From: Octopus vulgaris
Taxonomy: Eukaryota
Direction of reading: 5' to 3'
Assembly (NCBI GenBank): GCA_951406725.2
Contig: OX597817.1
Span: 118,916,001-118,980,000 of the forward strand
Length of the DNA: 64,000 nucleotides
Within the stretch, counting starts at the first letter, position 1. The number at the start of each line of letters is the position of its first letter. Both the position numbers and the translations under genes were made by a program. The notes under the pieces were generated by a model. The model was not told the origin of the DNA, ran no database searches, and worked only from the letters and a program-made list of their open reading frames with translations. Below are positions 41,661 to 54,897 of this stretch, piece by piece.

Positions 41661-42050
41661 CAGGTATAGGTGTGTGGTTAAGAAATTCACTTTGAGATCA
41701 TATGGTTTTAGGTTCAGTACCACAGCACAGCACATTAGGCAAGTGTCTTCTACTACTACAAAAACCTTATAAGTGGATTTGGTACAGGGAAACCAAAATC
41801 CCAGTGTGTGTGTGTCTGCATGTGTGTGTGACTGAGTGTGCATGTGTGTGTAGGCATGTGTGTGTGTGTGTGTGTCTGGTTGTAAATGAATGAGGTTGTT
41901 CATTCCCAGTCTTCTTTTAAAAATGTGTCTGGTCATGGGGAAATATAACCCTGCTTGGAAAGAGGAAGGGCATCGAGATGTAGAAAATCTGTCCTTTGAC
42001 AAATTTTGTCTGACTCATGCATGGAAAAGGGGGGTGTTAAATGATGGTGG
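41661..42050 (+). mobile_element. Chimeric SINE: A head plus RTE-type tail
   Basis: GTGTGGTTAAGAAA...GGTTCAGTACCAC...GGCAAGTGTCTTCTACTA, then AGGAAGGGCATC...GTAGAAAATCTG...CATGCATGGAAAAGGGGGTGTTAAATGATG. Confidence 0.7.
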
Positions 42051-42083
42051 TATGCACACACACATATATACATACACACACGC

Positions 42084-42084
<1 letters not shown>

Positions 42085-42160
<76 letters not shown>
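42085..42160. repeat. (GATA)n microsatellite
   Basis: Read directly from the sequence. Confidence 0.95.
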
Positions 42161-42161
<1 letters not shown>

Positions 42162-42966
42162 ATGGATGGATGGATACATATATACATACATACATACTTA
42201 TTCATTATATTTTTCACCTAAACAACTACCCTTTAGTAAAGCATCTGTCATATATGTACAAAAACAGTTCAGCCATAGAAAAAATTGATAGGAAAACCTA
42301 CAAAAAAAAAAAAAAAAAAAAAAAAATAGAAGTAAGAAAAAAAAACAACTAGATCCTATCTGTGTTTTGATGTTATCAAAACAACCACTACCAATTTTGA
42401 ATTGCAGTTCTTTACAAATCATGTCTATGGTTTCACCAGAGACTGTAAGTTCTTTGGTGCCTTGCAATTGTTCGGTGTCTTAATTAAATCCCTCTACATT
42501 CAATTTCACTCCACATATTTTGTTTCTAATTTATATAAACATTTATAAAAAGTACAAGTATAGTAAAACTGACAGTTGACAGCTTTCAGAAAGCCAAGAA
42601 AGTGTTGAGCAGTTGTCTGTTTGACGCTACTGGCATGCTTTAGTATAGTATAAAGTATAAGGCTTGTATTTTTTGATTTTTTTTTTTTTGTATAATTTTA
42701 TATCATTTATTCCTTTGTTTGTTTTTTTTAAGTGACTTGCATTGATTTGATGCTGAACAGAGAGTGATATATTCTTATAACATTGCTGTATTATATAAAT
42801 ACACATACATACACACATATGTATACACACTTACAGATATATTTAAGGTACAAACACAAACATTTGAAGCAGAGGATGTAGGCGAGAGGAAGAAGACATG
42901 AATGGCAGAAAAAGTAGCATTTGAAATATGTGTACACCTCCCTCTCTCTCAATATATATATATATA

Positions 42967-43322
42967 CTAGCAGTATCGCCCGGCGTTGCAAGGATTAGTT
43001 TCGACCCTTTAGAATTGGAATTTTTGAAAAGTAAAACTTTTGCATTATGTAGCTTGTTATTCTCTTTAAATGAACATTTTTCTGGTTGAAAAACACCAAA
43101 ACATCGTAAAAAATAGGGATTTTCATAGAAAAAAAGCACTTTTTTTATGTAAATAATTTTTGGTCTTAACATGGTGCGATTTGAATTTTATCTCCTACAG
43201 AAGGAAGAGCAAGCCTTCTTCTATCATACTCTCAATTTTGGTCAACTTACGCCGCAGGGTCTTGGAGGAGATTGTGTTAGTTGAAGGCTACCAAACCTGC
43301 CATACACAGACAACTACAGTTT

Positions 43323-43335
<13 letters not shown>
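42967..43335 (-). mobile_element. Non-autonomous Helitron
   Basis: Reverse complement of 59405-59801, with 3' CTAG|T at 42970-42966. The 5' TC end is lost in (TA)n. Confidence 0.8.
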
Positions 43336-43356
<21 letters not shown>

Positions 43357-44212
43357 TAAACATACACACACTTGTGTGTAGATGTATTATGCACACACAT
43401 ATATAAATAGTATGTGAATCCTTGTGTGCGCAAGCTATATTAATGAGTTATAAAGAAATGCAAATGTTTCTCTACCAATCATGAAAAAAAGTAAAACATG
43501 TTACATAATTTTAACTACATTTGAACACTTGCAAAATGATTTTGCATTGATGATTAATACAGAAGCTTAAACAGGCTTTGAACTTTCACTATCTGCTCTA
43601 TATTAAACAACAAACAATTACTTTTAATCACACTAAATTACTAAACTCTTCTGCAGGTTGGAATACTATAGGACAAAATTTCCATGTCATGTGAATGGTA
43701 TGAAACAATGCCATGTAATAAATACTGGGTGGTTATAAGTTTGTATCTCAATCATATGGTTTGAGATCCATAAAACCTGCATAAAACCTTGGAACACTAG
43801 CTGGTCAAAGCCAAGAGAGTGGATTTTGTTGGTGGAAACTGAAAGAAGCCTGTTTTGTATATGCATGTATGTGTAAATATATATATATATACAAGTGAGT
43901 GGGCTTATGAAAGAAGGGCATTCAACACATTCATTGAGAGTTACATGTATGGATCAAAAAATGTTTGATTCAAATTCTGTGCTACTTAAAGTTTCACCGG
44001 GCAAAGCTTCATGACGTCTGAATTTCATGCTACTTATAGCACAGAATATGAATCAAACTATTTTGATTCATACATATATATATAAGTATGGTGATGAAAA
44101 CAGGAAAAATAAAACGCAAAATATGAGTATATGTATATTTGTATTAATATTTAGTAGTAGCAACAGTTTGATAAGTGCTAACACACAAAACTCTGTTGCT
44201 TCTACTAAATAT

Positions 44213-44254
<42 letters not shown>

Positions 44255-45094
44255 TATTAGAAAAATAAATACAAGGGTTGACTCATTCAGCTAAAATCAT
44301 TCAGAGCAGTAGTTCCATGGGCACAATACAATGACTGAAACGAACAAAAATTAAAAGACAAAAGAACTAAGTGCTAATCTGAGATTGTAAAGAAGCAAAA
44401 AACCATCAGTGGGAGTCAACTTTGTCTCCATGGGATTGTCAGATAATCATGTTAACTGTTGCACTGCACTGACTTTGCACAACGCTTCTTTATCAAATTA
44501 GTGAACAAAAGTTCTATTTCATAGAAGTTTTCAAGGTAGTAAAATTGTTAACACATTTGCTTGGCAAGCACTAGATAATTATTTGGAGTCTTATCTATTG
44601 CTTGTGGATTTGTTGTTCGTTATCAATCCTCAAATTAGTGTTTATATGGATATAATGTTTTATTTTTGGCAACAGACTATGAGCTTTCAAATCATGCCAC
44701 TTGGCAGATGGAAGATGGTCGTGAAAGAGAGGTGTGGAGAGAAGCATGGTCCCAGCAGCAGCAGAGGATAAGGATCCCACAGCAATAACAACGATGTGGA
44801 GGTGAAGAGACTGAGTGTTTGGAAAGGAAGAATGAATGGAGCAACAATTATTGGTCAGTGACACATATGAGCATGAATGAACAAAAGAGTGAGTAAGCAA
44901 GAGAGTGGAGTGACTGCCAGGGTGCAAGGCGAAGATGACAGCAATGGTGAGGGCACTCGCATACAAGTGGACGTGGTGGCAGCAGCACATTGAGGACTCG
45001 CTGGCCTTGTAGGGTCAAGAGGCACATATCAGCTTAGGCAATTGCTAAGAAGAGAGCAACAAGATACAATATGTCATGTGCATGACTATAAATG

Positions 45095-45418
45095 CAGACA
45101 TGGTCAAATTGCTAAGTAGCTCGTTATGAAACCATTAGCTGCTGGGTTCAGTTCCATTGTATAACATCTGGAGCAAGGCTTGAGTTCACTCCAAGCTTGT
45201 AAGTGAAATTAAGTAAACAGGAACTATCTGGAAGACTGTTAGATAGATAAAAACCTATAATTCAAATGGTTAGCTTTGTCATACAATGTGTCACAAAGAT
45301 TCTGCCTTGAAATCTACTTTAAGGATATATTTGACTGTGGAATAATCAGCACTTTGTATGTTAATTCAATGTATAGTTAGTTCAGTTGACTGAACAACTG
45401 CAGAGTCATCAACAACAA
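45095..45418 (+). mobile_element. Old chimeric SINE: A head plus E body
   Basis: GCAGACATGG...GGGTTCAGTTCCATTG head, then CTTTGTCATACAATGTGTCAC...TGTTAATTC. Confidence 0.55.
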
Positions 45419-45466
45419 GCAACAGACATATTATTTGCATATGTATGTATGCTTCTGTGTGTGTGA

Positions 45467-45533
45467 TTATTCAGTTTTATTTCAAGATTTCTTGCCAATA
45501 AAGATCTGATTTCTAACCTAGATCCAAGGCTCC
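45467..45533 (-). mobile_element. R4-type retrotransposon 3' stub
   Basis: ATTATTCAGTTTTATTTCAAGATTTCTTGCCAATA...TTTCTAACCTAGATCCAAGGC matches 60369-60436. Confidence 0.75.
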
Positions 45534-45582
45534 TGTGTATATATATGTAAGCATGTGATGTGTGTATGTTTGTGTGCATGTA

Positions 45583-45619
<37 letters not shown>

Positions 45620-45622
<3 letters not shown>

Positions 45623-45808
45623 GCCATGATAGATCATTAGCCACTACACACATTTTTTTCTCTCCTTGCTTTTTCTGTGTCCCTTTCAGTAGAAGAGCGT
45701 AGCCTCGAAACGTAAAAGACTTTTTCTATTCCTGAGCATTATACTAATACATCTGTTTGTTTTGTACACTACCTGTCTTCGTCTTTTGTTTTTTTCGTAA
45801 ACTCTCCC
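45620..45808 (+). mobile_element. Penelope-like stub, second copy of 11787-11968
   Basis: CAGTAGA-A-GAGC-GTAG-CCTC-GAAACGTA-AAAG, with (TA)n on both flanks. Confidence 0.55.
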
Positions 45809-46039
45809 TATATATATATATATATATCTGTCTATGTATGTATCACTCTCTGAGTCTCCATGATCACTTACCTAGCAACAGGCTGACACAAGATGACCAG
45901 TAATCACATGAGACCTAATGTTCCTCTCCTAAAATGGTACTGTGACAACAGCTAGGTATCCTGCACTCCCAGTGGTTTTACTGCAAACCCTGGCACCAAC
46001 CAAGGGTGTTCTCTGAGTCCCCACATTCAGATGGTATAT

Positions 46040-46354
46040 CATCACTTATGTTTGTTAACCCATAGTAATCTTTATAGTCATCTCATTTGCCATTCCATGT
46101 ACTGAAAGAAAGTCTTACAATGATAGAAGAAAAGCAATATGCGCAGACCTAATCAGTTGGAAGTGCGCAGCAAGTTACAACTTTCATCTGTCATCTATGC
46201 TTTAAACCATGCAGATCTACAATGGGACTGAATAGTCATCTGAGAGGTCATGGATGGAAGATCAGAAATGCTATTGACAACAAAGAAGCACAAGGAGGTA
46301 GCAATCATCTGTGAAGATGGAGCAATCACTATGTATGTATGTATGTATGTATGT
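46040..46354 (+). mobile_element. RTE-type LINE 3' end with a C2H2 zinc finger and an (ATGT)n tail
   Basis: 46180-46314 translates to TFICHLCFKPCRSTMGLNSHLRGHGWKIRNAIDNKEAQGGSNHL*. A decayed upstream finger (..LYSHLICH) lies at ~46068-46092. (ATGT)n starts at 46331. Confidence 0.7.
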
Positions 46355-48275
46355 GCATGCATATATGGAAATGTGTATGTGTGTGTGTGTGTGTGTGTGC
46401 ATGCATGAGGCTGGTGGTTCTATTCCTATCTCACTATCAAACACTCATACATGCATGCAGAATGTATCTCTTCAACTTGTCTGAAACAATCAGCTATACA
46501 TGATTTTTACTGATTCTTCTATCTGTCTTTATCTGCTAATAATTAGTTCTTCAGTAGATTGTTAATTAGAATCCTACTGATAAAAAAGAACCATTCCGTT
46601 TATCCATAGAACTATGTTGAGTGAGGATTATTGTAATTCTTCTATTGACAAAAATGGATGTTGGCCAAGCTAATCGAGATTCTTGGTTGTGTGTTACACA
46701 AAAGAAATTATTGTAACTTAATACAGCTTCTACATGCTGTTGTATCGCTTACAGTTAATAATCAATAGCTCGCATACAGTCTAACTTATTCACTCTCTCT
46801 TCTATTCACACCATCAATGCCCTCTTTCTCTTTTCATCTATCTATCTACCTATCTATCTATCTAACCACACATTCAAACATATTGTTTATTCACACATAT
46901 ACTTGCCCAATCTGCAGGACACATGTACACGCACACACAAGCCCATGTTTTATTTTCTACAAACTGTAGCATATACAATACATATGCATGTTTCTTTATA
47001 TACACTCACTGATCTCGTACAAGCTACTCATCTTCTTTGTTGCCATTATATAGAAATGCCTACTCCTCAACACACACATACACACATTGTATTTTTCCTT
47101 CAATCTTTTCCTTTCATTCTGTCATAAACATACTCAGACATAAAACACTTGCATTTTGATGCCCATTTAGGAATATTCAGCCTTGAACTGTGGTCTTTTA
47201 ATTCTTGGATTCTACCATTCCTCAACACACAATACGCATGTGATTATAACGTTGCTTACTTATCTGGTTCCACATTTCATAGTCAATATTTAAAGCAGAG
47301 AAGACTGATTCATGAAGTATTTTCCTTTGAAAGAATGTTACCATCTTTAGGGACTTGCTTCTGTTATAAGAAAGCTATTTATATACGAACAAATTACAAA
47401 GATTATATATATATATATATATGCATATATATATGTATATATATATCGTGCTAGCGCGGAAAACGGACGTTAAACGATGATGATGATATATATATATATA
47501 TATAAATATATCATCATCGTTGATCATGGTTTACCCCTGGGCCAGGTGTATATATATATACATATGTAGATATATATACACACATACTGTATGCATGTGT
47601 GTGTAGTTAGCATATGGATGAATGTATACACATATTTATATGTATAGACAGACATAAATATACATATATGTAGTAATATACATGTGTGTATGTGTGTGTG
47701 CATGTGTACACACAGATAAATAGACTGTCAGACAGATACTGATATACATACATACATACATACACATGTATATATGGGCATACATAACTATATGTCTCCT
47801 TATTTCTTCATGTGTGAAACAGATATACAAACATTTGCAAATAGTACTGTACTTTATCATAAAAACCACAGAACAAACACATTTTCTATTAATACAAGTA
47901 AAAAAACCTCTGGACACAATTTCAATGCAGACGAATTTCTTTCCATATTTTCTTTGTTTTTGTTTCCCCTGCTTCTTTTTATACCTAGTATGATCTTTCA
48001 AGTAAGAAATAACGTACCTGATGAACTTGTCATTACTTATAATCAAAATATCAATCAAATTCATACTATTTCACACTTGATGTAAAACTGCCTTTATCTT
48101 TCTATAGTTAATTGCTAAATCTGTCATACTGTCTGAACAATTTCTAGCTCTGTAAGATTCATCATTAAGTTCGTTAATGTGGTCTCTGTCTACTATTGAA
48201 ATAAAGAAATTATTACTATTATCATTAATATTATTATTATTATCATTATAATTATTATTGTTTCTATTATTATTA

Positions 48276-49074
48276 AGGCGACAAGCTGGCAGAATTGTTA
48301 GCACACTGCACAAAATGCTTAGTGGTATTTCGTCTGTTGCTACATTCTGAGTTCAAATTCTGCTGAGGTCAACTTTGCCTTTCATCCTTTCAGGGTCAAT
48401 AAATTAAGTACCAGTAAAATACTGGGATTGATGTAATCAACTAGTCTCCTTCCCCCAAGTTTCAAGCTTTGTGCCTTTACTAGAAAGGATTATTATTATT
48501 ATTAAGGTGGCAAGCTGGCAGAGTTGTTAGCATGCCAGACAAAATGCTTAGTGGCATTTCGTTCATCCGTATGATCTGAGATCAAATTCCGCTGAGGTCG
48601 AGTTTGCCTTTCATTCTTTCAGGGTCAATAAATTAAGTACTAATGGAACACTGAAATCGATGTAATCGACTAGTCCCCACCCCTAAAATTTCAGGCATTG
48701 TGCCTTCAGTAGAGAGGATTATCATAATTATTATTATTGTTATTATCATTATTATTATTTGCATTGCTAGTTTTCTTGTGTTTCACATTTGTACTGTCTT
48801 GAATAAAAGAAATCATCGAGCTGGCTAAACCATTAGAGTATTGGGAAAATGCATTTCAGTATTTGTTCCTGTAGCTTCTGGGTTCAAATCCCATCAAAGT
48901 CAATTTTGTCTATCATTTTTTCCAGCAGCCAATACAAATGAAGTACCAGTCAAATACTGATATGTAATCAACTAACCCCCACCTCACCCAAAAGTTGTTG
49001 GCTTTGTACCAAAATTCAAAGCAATTTCTATTACTATTCCTCTTAATATGAGTTTAATGATGTGCAAATCAGAA

Positions 49075-49136
<62 letters not shown>

Positions 49137-49350
49137 CATTATTATTATTACTATTATTATTATTATATGAAGTTAGTGGATTGACAGAATCATTAAAGCA
49201 TTGGAAAAATGCCTTGCAATACTTGTTTCAGCTCTAAACATTCTGAGTTCAAATCATGCCAAAGGTCAATTCTGTATTTCGTATTTCTGGGTTCAACAGA
49301 GTTGACGAACACCTTCCCCCAAAATTTCTGGTCTTGTGTCTAAATTAGAA
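48276..49350 (+). mobile_element. Tandem array of four SINE B2 copies with (ATT)n linkers
   Basis: Units start at ~48276, 48505, 48818 and 49150; the first two are well conserved. (ATT)n at 48225-48274, 48489-48503, 48718-48760 and 49075-49167. Confidence 0.85.
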
Positions 49351-50026
49351 ACAAAAACAATCATCACCACAAACACCATCATCATCAATACCACCACCAT
49401 CATACGTAGTAGTAATAGTAGTGGTGGTGGTGGTGGTGGTGGTCATAGTAGGGACTATGGTCTTGATCATAGTGGTGTTGCACTCGTTGGATGTAATGGT
49501 GTTGACCACTGTTGGATGTAGTGGTCAAAAGATTCAAACCTTCTTATCTAACTAAAGCCAGGGCTGCTGTTCCATGTAAATGAATTCTACCATATTTCCA
49601 CTATACGCTTAAATAGTATAAGATATATTAGTCCACAGCTCTACTGCATTGGCTGTCTTCCTTCACAAAAGCACCAGCTCCACCACTCTCACTACTACTG
49701 CTGCTACTACTACTACTACTACATGTCAATAGAGTTTGTCGGTGGAGGGCTTCCAAAAATTAAATTAGAGTTCATGATATAGAAAAGTCTTTTAGCAAAT
49801 ATCACGAACTATAATGTGGTATTTGGATCAACTCCATAAGTGAAGGTCTACTAACATAGTTAGAGACTTCTCTGATGTCACGAAATACCTACAACAGTCA
49901 GTTCACTGCCACTAACAATCATCGGCAACAGAAGAAGCAGTAGCGGCAGTAGCAGCAGCTTCTATCTTCACTGTTATCTCATTGTCTACTACTGTTTTGT
50001 GTCTGTGTGCGTACGGGTATGTCTAT

Positions 50027-50064
<38 letters not shown>

Positions 50065-52473
50065 CGTGTGCATGTATGCTCATAAAAAAATGTATATAAA
50101 GAAATTATTGTTTTTTGCACGTACCGTCAATAAAGCACATGCATTCATTGATTAGTTTATATATCTACATACATGTGCAAATGCATACATATATATCAAT
50201 ACAGATGCAAATGCTGAAAAGCTGCAGATGTAGTAGAATTCAATTATATAACATAGATGTTATTTCTCTAAATGTAAGATCTCGACTGATAGGAAAATGA
50301 ATAGGATGTTATGACGTTCATGCCTTTCCCATGAATGTTAGCAACTTAAATGACATGAACTACCCTTAGCTGAGGATTTACACTGTCAGGTACATTTTTT
50401 TTCGCAGAAAATTATCCAATGAAAATAGTTGAAATTCTTACATAAACTAATAAAAACCGATAGTGCTGTTCCAGCAGGTCTTAGCCCTGATGGCTAAAAC
50501 TAACTGAAGAACTATATTGATACACATTAGTAAACACCTCAGTTCAAGTGAAAAAATACCATAGCACACTAATATGGTATGTGGACTATTATACTAAAGA
50601 AACAGTCTTTGACTTTAGGCTACTACTATAGCATATTGAATTTTATTACACTTGCCATATTATACACCACTACCACAACCTCCCATCACCACCATCTTCT
50701 TCATTCAATGTTGCAAACCACAAAAAAATTAGTTGCCACGGTTTTTGTCACGTTTTATTGCTTGAGTGTTGTTAGTGCTGGTGCTTCAGAAACTACTGAA
50801 GCTAACAAGTTCAAATATTTATCATTATTACCATGCCGAACATTTTCTTTCTTTTTCTCTCTATTCTTTTAGTTTTCTGCTTTCAAAGGGTTTCTTTTCA
50901 TTTTTTGTTTTGTATTTTTAGTTTTTTTAGTAACTTATTTGATTATTAAGTATGTGGTTCTTTACCACATGCTATATACAGACAATATGGCCAAAGGAAA
51001 ATGTTTCAGACAAGAATTCTGCATACTGGTGAAAGTAGCTTTCGTGGTTGTTTCTTTTTGTCAGCTGGCTTTGACAACAAAATCTACTCCAATTTACATT
51101 GTCTTTATTGAGCAGAAATTTTGATCAACTAATCTTATTGGAATTATCCCCCTTGTCTGTTGTTTGTAGATTTAAACACAGCTTGAGGAAAATTTTTGTC
51201 TACTCATCTTAATTCATCGAAGTCAACACACTTATAAAATAAAATATGTGTGACCCTACAGCTACTTTTATTTAAAATGCAGAACATTTCCCCAAACTAT
51301 TTTCCCTCTGCCATATTGCTGTTATTCATAATCAACATCCCTTTTTTTTTTTTACTTTTATTTCTACATGTATTGAGCACTGTAAGTCTTGACAACTTAG
51401 TAAAATGCAATTAACTGAGGAGGCCTATTAAAACTGAAACAGCTATGTTCACCAAATAGCTTTAAAGACCAGATTAACACCAATCTGTATGATTTATATT
51501 TCATTTCATTCAACTAAATTCATTACAATCATGTCCTTTGCATGTTGTTTTCTCAGTTGACCCCAATTTTTATGTCATATGCAAGTAGTGCAGGCAATAG
51601 ATTGGAAGGGTGAATAGAGGGTAAAATGTGAACATTAGCAACACAAATTCTTTTGGATATATTAGTAGCTACAGCAGTTAATATTACTCAATAATAATAA
51701 CTAAAACTAAATAGTAGTCACAGTAGTTAAAATATATATAAAATGTCATGTATTCTAAAATATAGACTATGTGATAAAAAAAACTCTTTTCATTTCATCC
51801 AATATCTTTTGTGTTAATAATGAGTCAAATACGTTTTTGACTACATAATGGAAGGGAGAAATTGCATGTTAATCAAAGACAATGATTGAGTTTCTCCTCA
51901 GTAAAGATGGCCAAAAATTGTAAGGCTTAGCATTTGTAGCAAATTTGAAGGTTTTAGCTGTGTGCTATCTGCGAATAAGGAGCACGTAGCAGAGCAATGT
52001 GGATACCTTGATATGAGTAGTAATTGAGATTTATGAGAGATGAATGAGATTAGATCATCATATTCTCTTTCATTTTCATTAAGAGGCATATGTCTAAGGT
52101 CTTCTAGAGAAGCACAGCAACAAGGTGTTTAGGATATGAATGGATGATACATATATCTTTAAAATAAGAGACTATAAAATAAACACCACAAAGATGTTAT
52201 GTTTATGTACCATTAATATAAATTTAAAAATAAAACATTTTCAAGAGACATATTAAGCTTAATCTTCCACATCGAACTTAAATGAATGCTGACTATGTTC
52301 TTAAACCATATTTAAAGAACGCAAAGTCAGAAGAAGATGTACACGTTTAAGCAACTTGCTTTGCAGTATTTCTTGACTCTGTGTATCCTTGACTCTGATA
52401 ATGTATGGGAAATAGTCTATTGCCTCCACATCTAAATCCCTTCATCTCACTTCTCTTCCTCTCCTTCTCTCAC

Positions 52474-52690
52474 ATGAAGGATAACAGATGGGTAAAGAAG
52501 CATGAGAATATCCAAGATGAATGAAACTGTGGAAGAGGGAGGTGAAGGAAAGACATGGGCAGAAACAGTAAAAGGTGATTCCGGGAAGGTGAACCTCACA
52601 CCAAAGATCTAATAAACGGAGAGATGCTGAGTAGAAGACCTGTTCAAATCATGCAAGCGTGGAAAAGTAAATGGAAAATGATTATTATTT
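52474..52690 (+). mobile_element. RTE-clade LINE C-terminus and 3' tail, decayed
   Basis: MKDNRWVKK...CGRGR*R/KTWAETVKGD (the GRGRPRKTW motif, with a stop and a frameshift). Followed by GACCTGTTCAAATCATGCAAGCGTGGAAAAG...AAATGATT. Confidence 0.7.
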
Positions 52691-53127
52691 TTCTATCTAT
52701 GTTTTTGCGTGCATGCATGTATGTATCCATGGATGTAGACATAGGCTTCTGACTATGTCTTGCTATACCAGTATATATTAACTATATCTCTATACCTTCT
52801 ACTATACCAACATTCATAAAATGTTTTTACATATATACCCCTAAACACACACACACACATATGTATATTTATGCACACACATACACAAACACACACATAC
52901 ATAGGGGTATGTATATAAAAAAATTTACATACACACAAATACATATAAATATATACATAGCTATACGTATACATACACATATATATATAGAGAGAGCTAC
53001 ACACACACACACACACACATATATATACATATACATACATATATATATACATATACACACACATATATATATACATATACACATATATATATATAGATAA
53101 ATATATATATATATATACATACACATG

Positions 53128-53165
<38 letters not shown>

Positions 53166-54611
53166 CGTACACATATGCATGTATGTCTACATGATGTATT
53201 ATATATACATGTGTGTATGTGTGTGTGTAGTTAAACCACAAGATTTTGTAAGAATATATTCAAGTGGTGCACATCGCCAATGACCAGCCGCTGGCTATTT
53301 GGGATCATCTCCATTCTATGATGTAATTACACTTTCAATCTTGTTGAAAATAAAGATTTTCTTCTTTGCTAGATTCTCTGCTGACCAAGTAGACGTGCAA
53401 ACAGAACTGAAATACTGGCATCAGCTTTCTAATTTAGTCTTCCTGAAGGCAACGATAGCCATGGCACTGTAGAACAGTCAGCGGAAGATACGTGATTAAA
53501 TGCCTGTTGGAAGTTATTGCATTATTTCTCAAAATCCTAATGCTTATGCATGCACACACACACACACACACACATGCACGCACGCAAAGATGTGCATACA
53601 TGCGCATGTGCATACTTACATACACATACAGAGGATAAATATTTATCTCATGCGGAACTTGAATTGTTTAGCGTTTATTGATCATAGATCTCCATTAGTA
53701 GTATATTAGCCCTATTGTCTTCATGTAGCAAGCGAACAAGAATGAAGGAGTTCGTGCCTTTTCCAGGAACATTAATAAAATAATTAAAAGACCAACAAAT
53801 ACAATTTGAGTTCACAATGATCTAAACTCCCACGCTACATCACGCACTTACTGTGCATAATAAATGTATATAAGTGCATGTGTGTGTGCTTATGTTTGCA
53901 TGTATGTGTATATTTTTATATATATATATATATATGAAAATACAGTGTACATTTAAACACATAAGAGGTATCCATCATAGGATTCCTTTCACGCTAGAAG
54001 GAACAGCTAAAGTACAAACCACTATTAGGGATAAAAACTTGAAAGGAATGAAAAATAAAAAACATTTACCATCTATTGACTAATTTTTCTATATGCTAGG
54101 CCACAGATAGTAAAACTTTCTAAAATCTTTATTACCCTGATATTGTTAATATATATATACATACATACATACATATATATATACACATTATTCACACATA
54201 CACGTGTGTGTGCATGTCTGTGTGAATATCAAGCTCTAAGTTTTCAGGCTATTAGAGTACTTTTCCTGCATAGTACATATTATGCAGAACCTGTCCATGT
54301 ATAGCAGATTCCTTCCATGCCAAGTAGTAACTGCAAGCGGTATAATAACAGAGTTATGATCTCACTACTAATAACACAGAACAGCCAAGAGCTGTATTTA
54401 AAAGACTGACCTATGCACAAAACCGTTTCTTCCACCTATGAAACTGAATTAGCAATATTAACACAGAGGCTGTGTATTGGTGAATATTAATATAAAAATT
54501 CAAACTTCCTACTGCACTTCTCATGGAAACATGTTTGCATTTATTTCAAATTGTATTAGCTCTACTTTAAATATTCTTTACCGCAGTTATATTATAAATG
54601 TATATATAAAT

Positions 54612-54897
54612 GGGCCTCATGGAGGCAATGACAAATGACTGAGACCTTTGGCAATAAGCCATGCTTGAGAAGAAGACCTATCAAGCCAAGTGAAATCGTA
54701 GTTGTGGCAGATACTGGTGTCATGTAACTGGCATGTAGAAGCATCCATTATATTCTTGGAGTGGTCAGCATCCAGCTGCAGAAAACATGCAAAAATCAGA
54801 CTGGAGTCTGGATCAGCTCCTCAACTTACCAGCTCTGGTCAAACCGTCCAACCCATGCCAGCATGGACAAGAGACGTTAAATAATGATGATGATGGT
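54612..54897 (+). mobile_element. SINE family C variant
   Basis: GCATCCAGCTGCAGAAAAC...CAAACCGTCCAACCCATGCCAGCATGGACAAGAGACGTTAAATAATGATGATG. Confidence 0.75.

Noticed and set aside
51411-51450. CTGAGGA...GAAAC hammerhead-like core
   Set aside because: Stems I and II do not pair convincingly and it is a single copy.
53373-53472. Plus-strand acceptor followed by 32 open codons
   Set aside because: Short, with no donor or recognisable homology; expected by chance.
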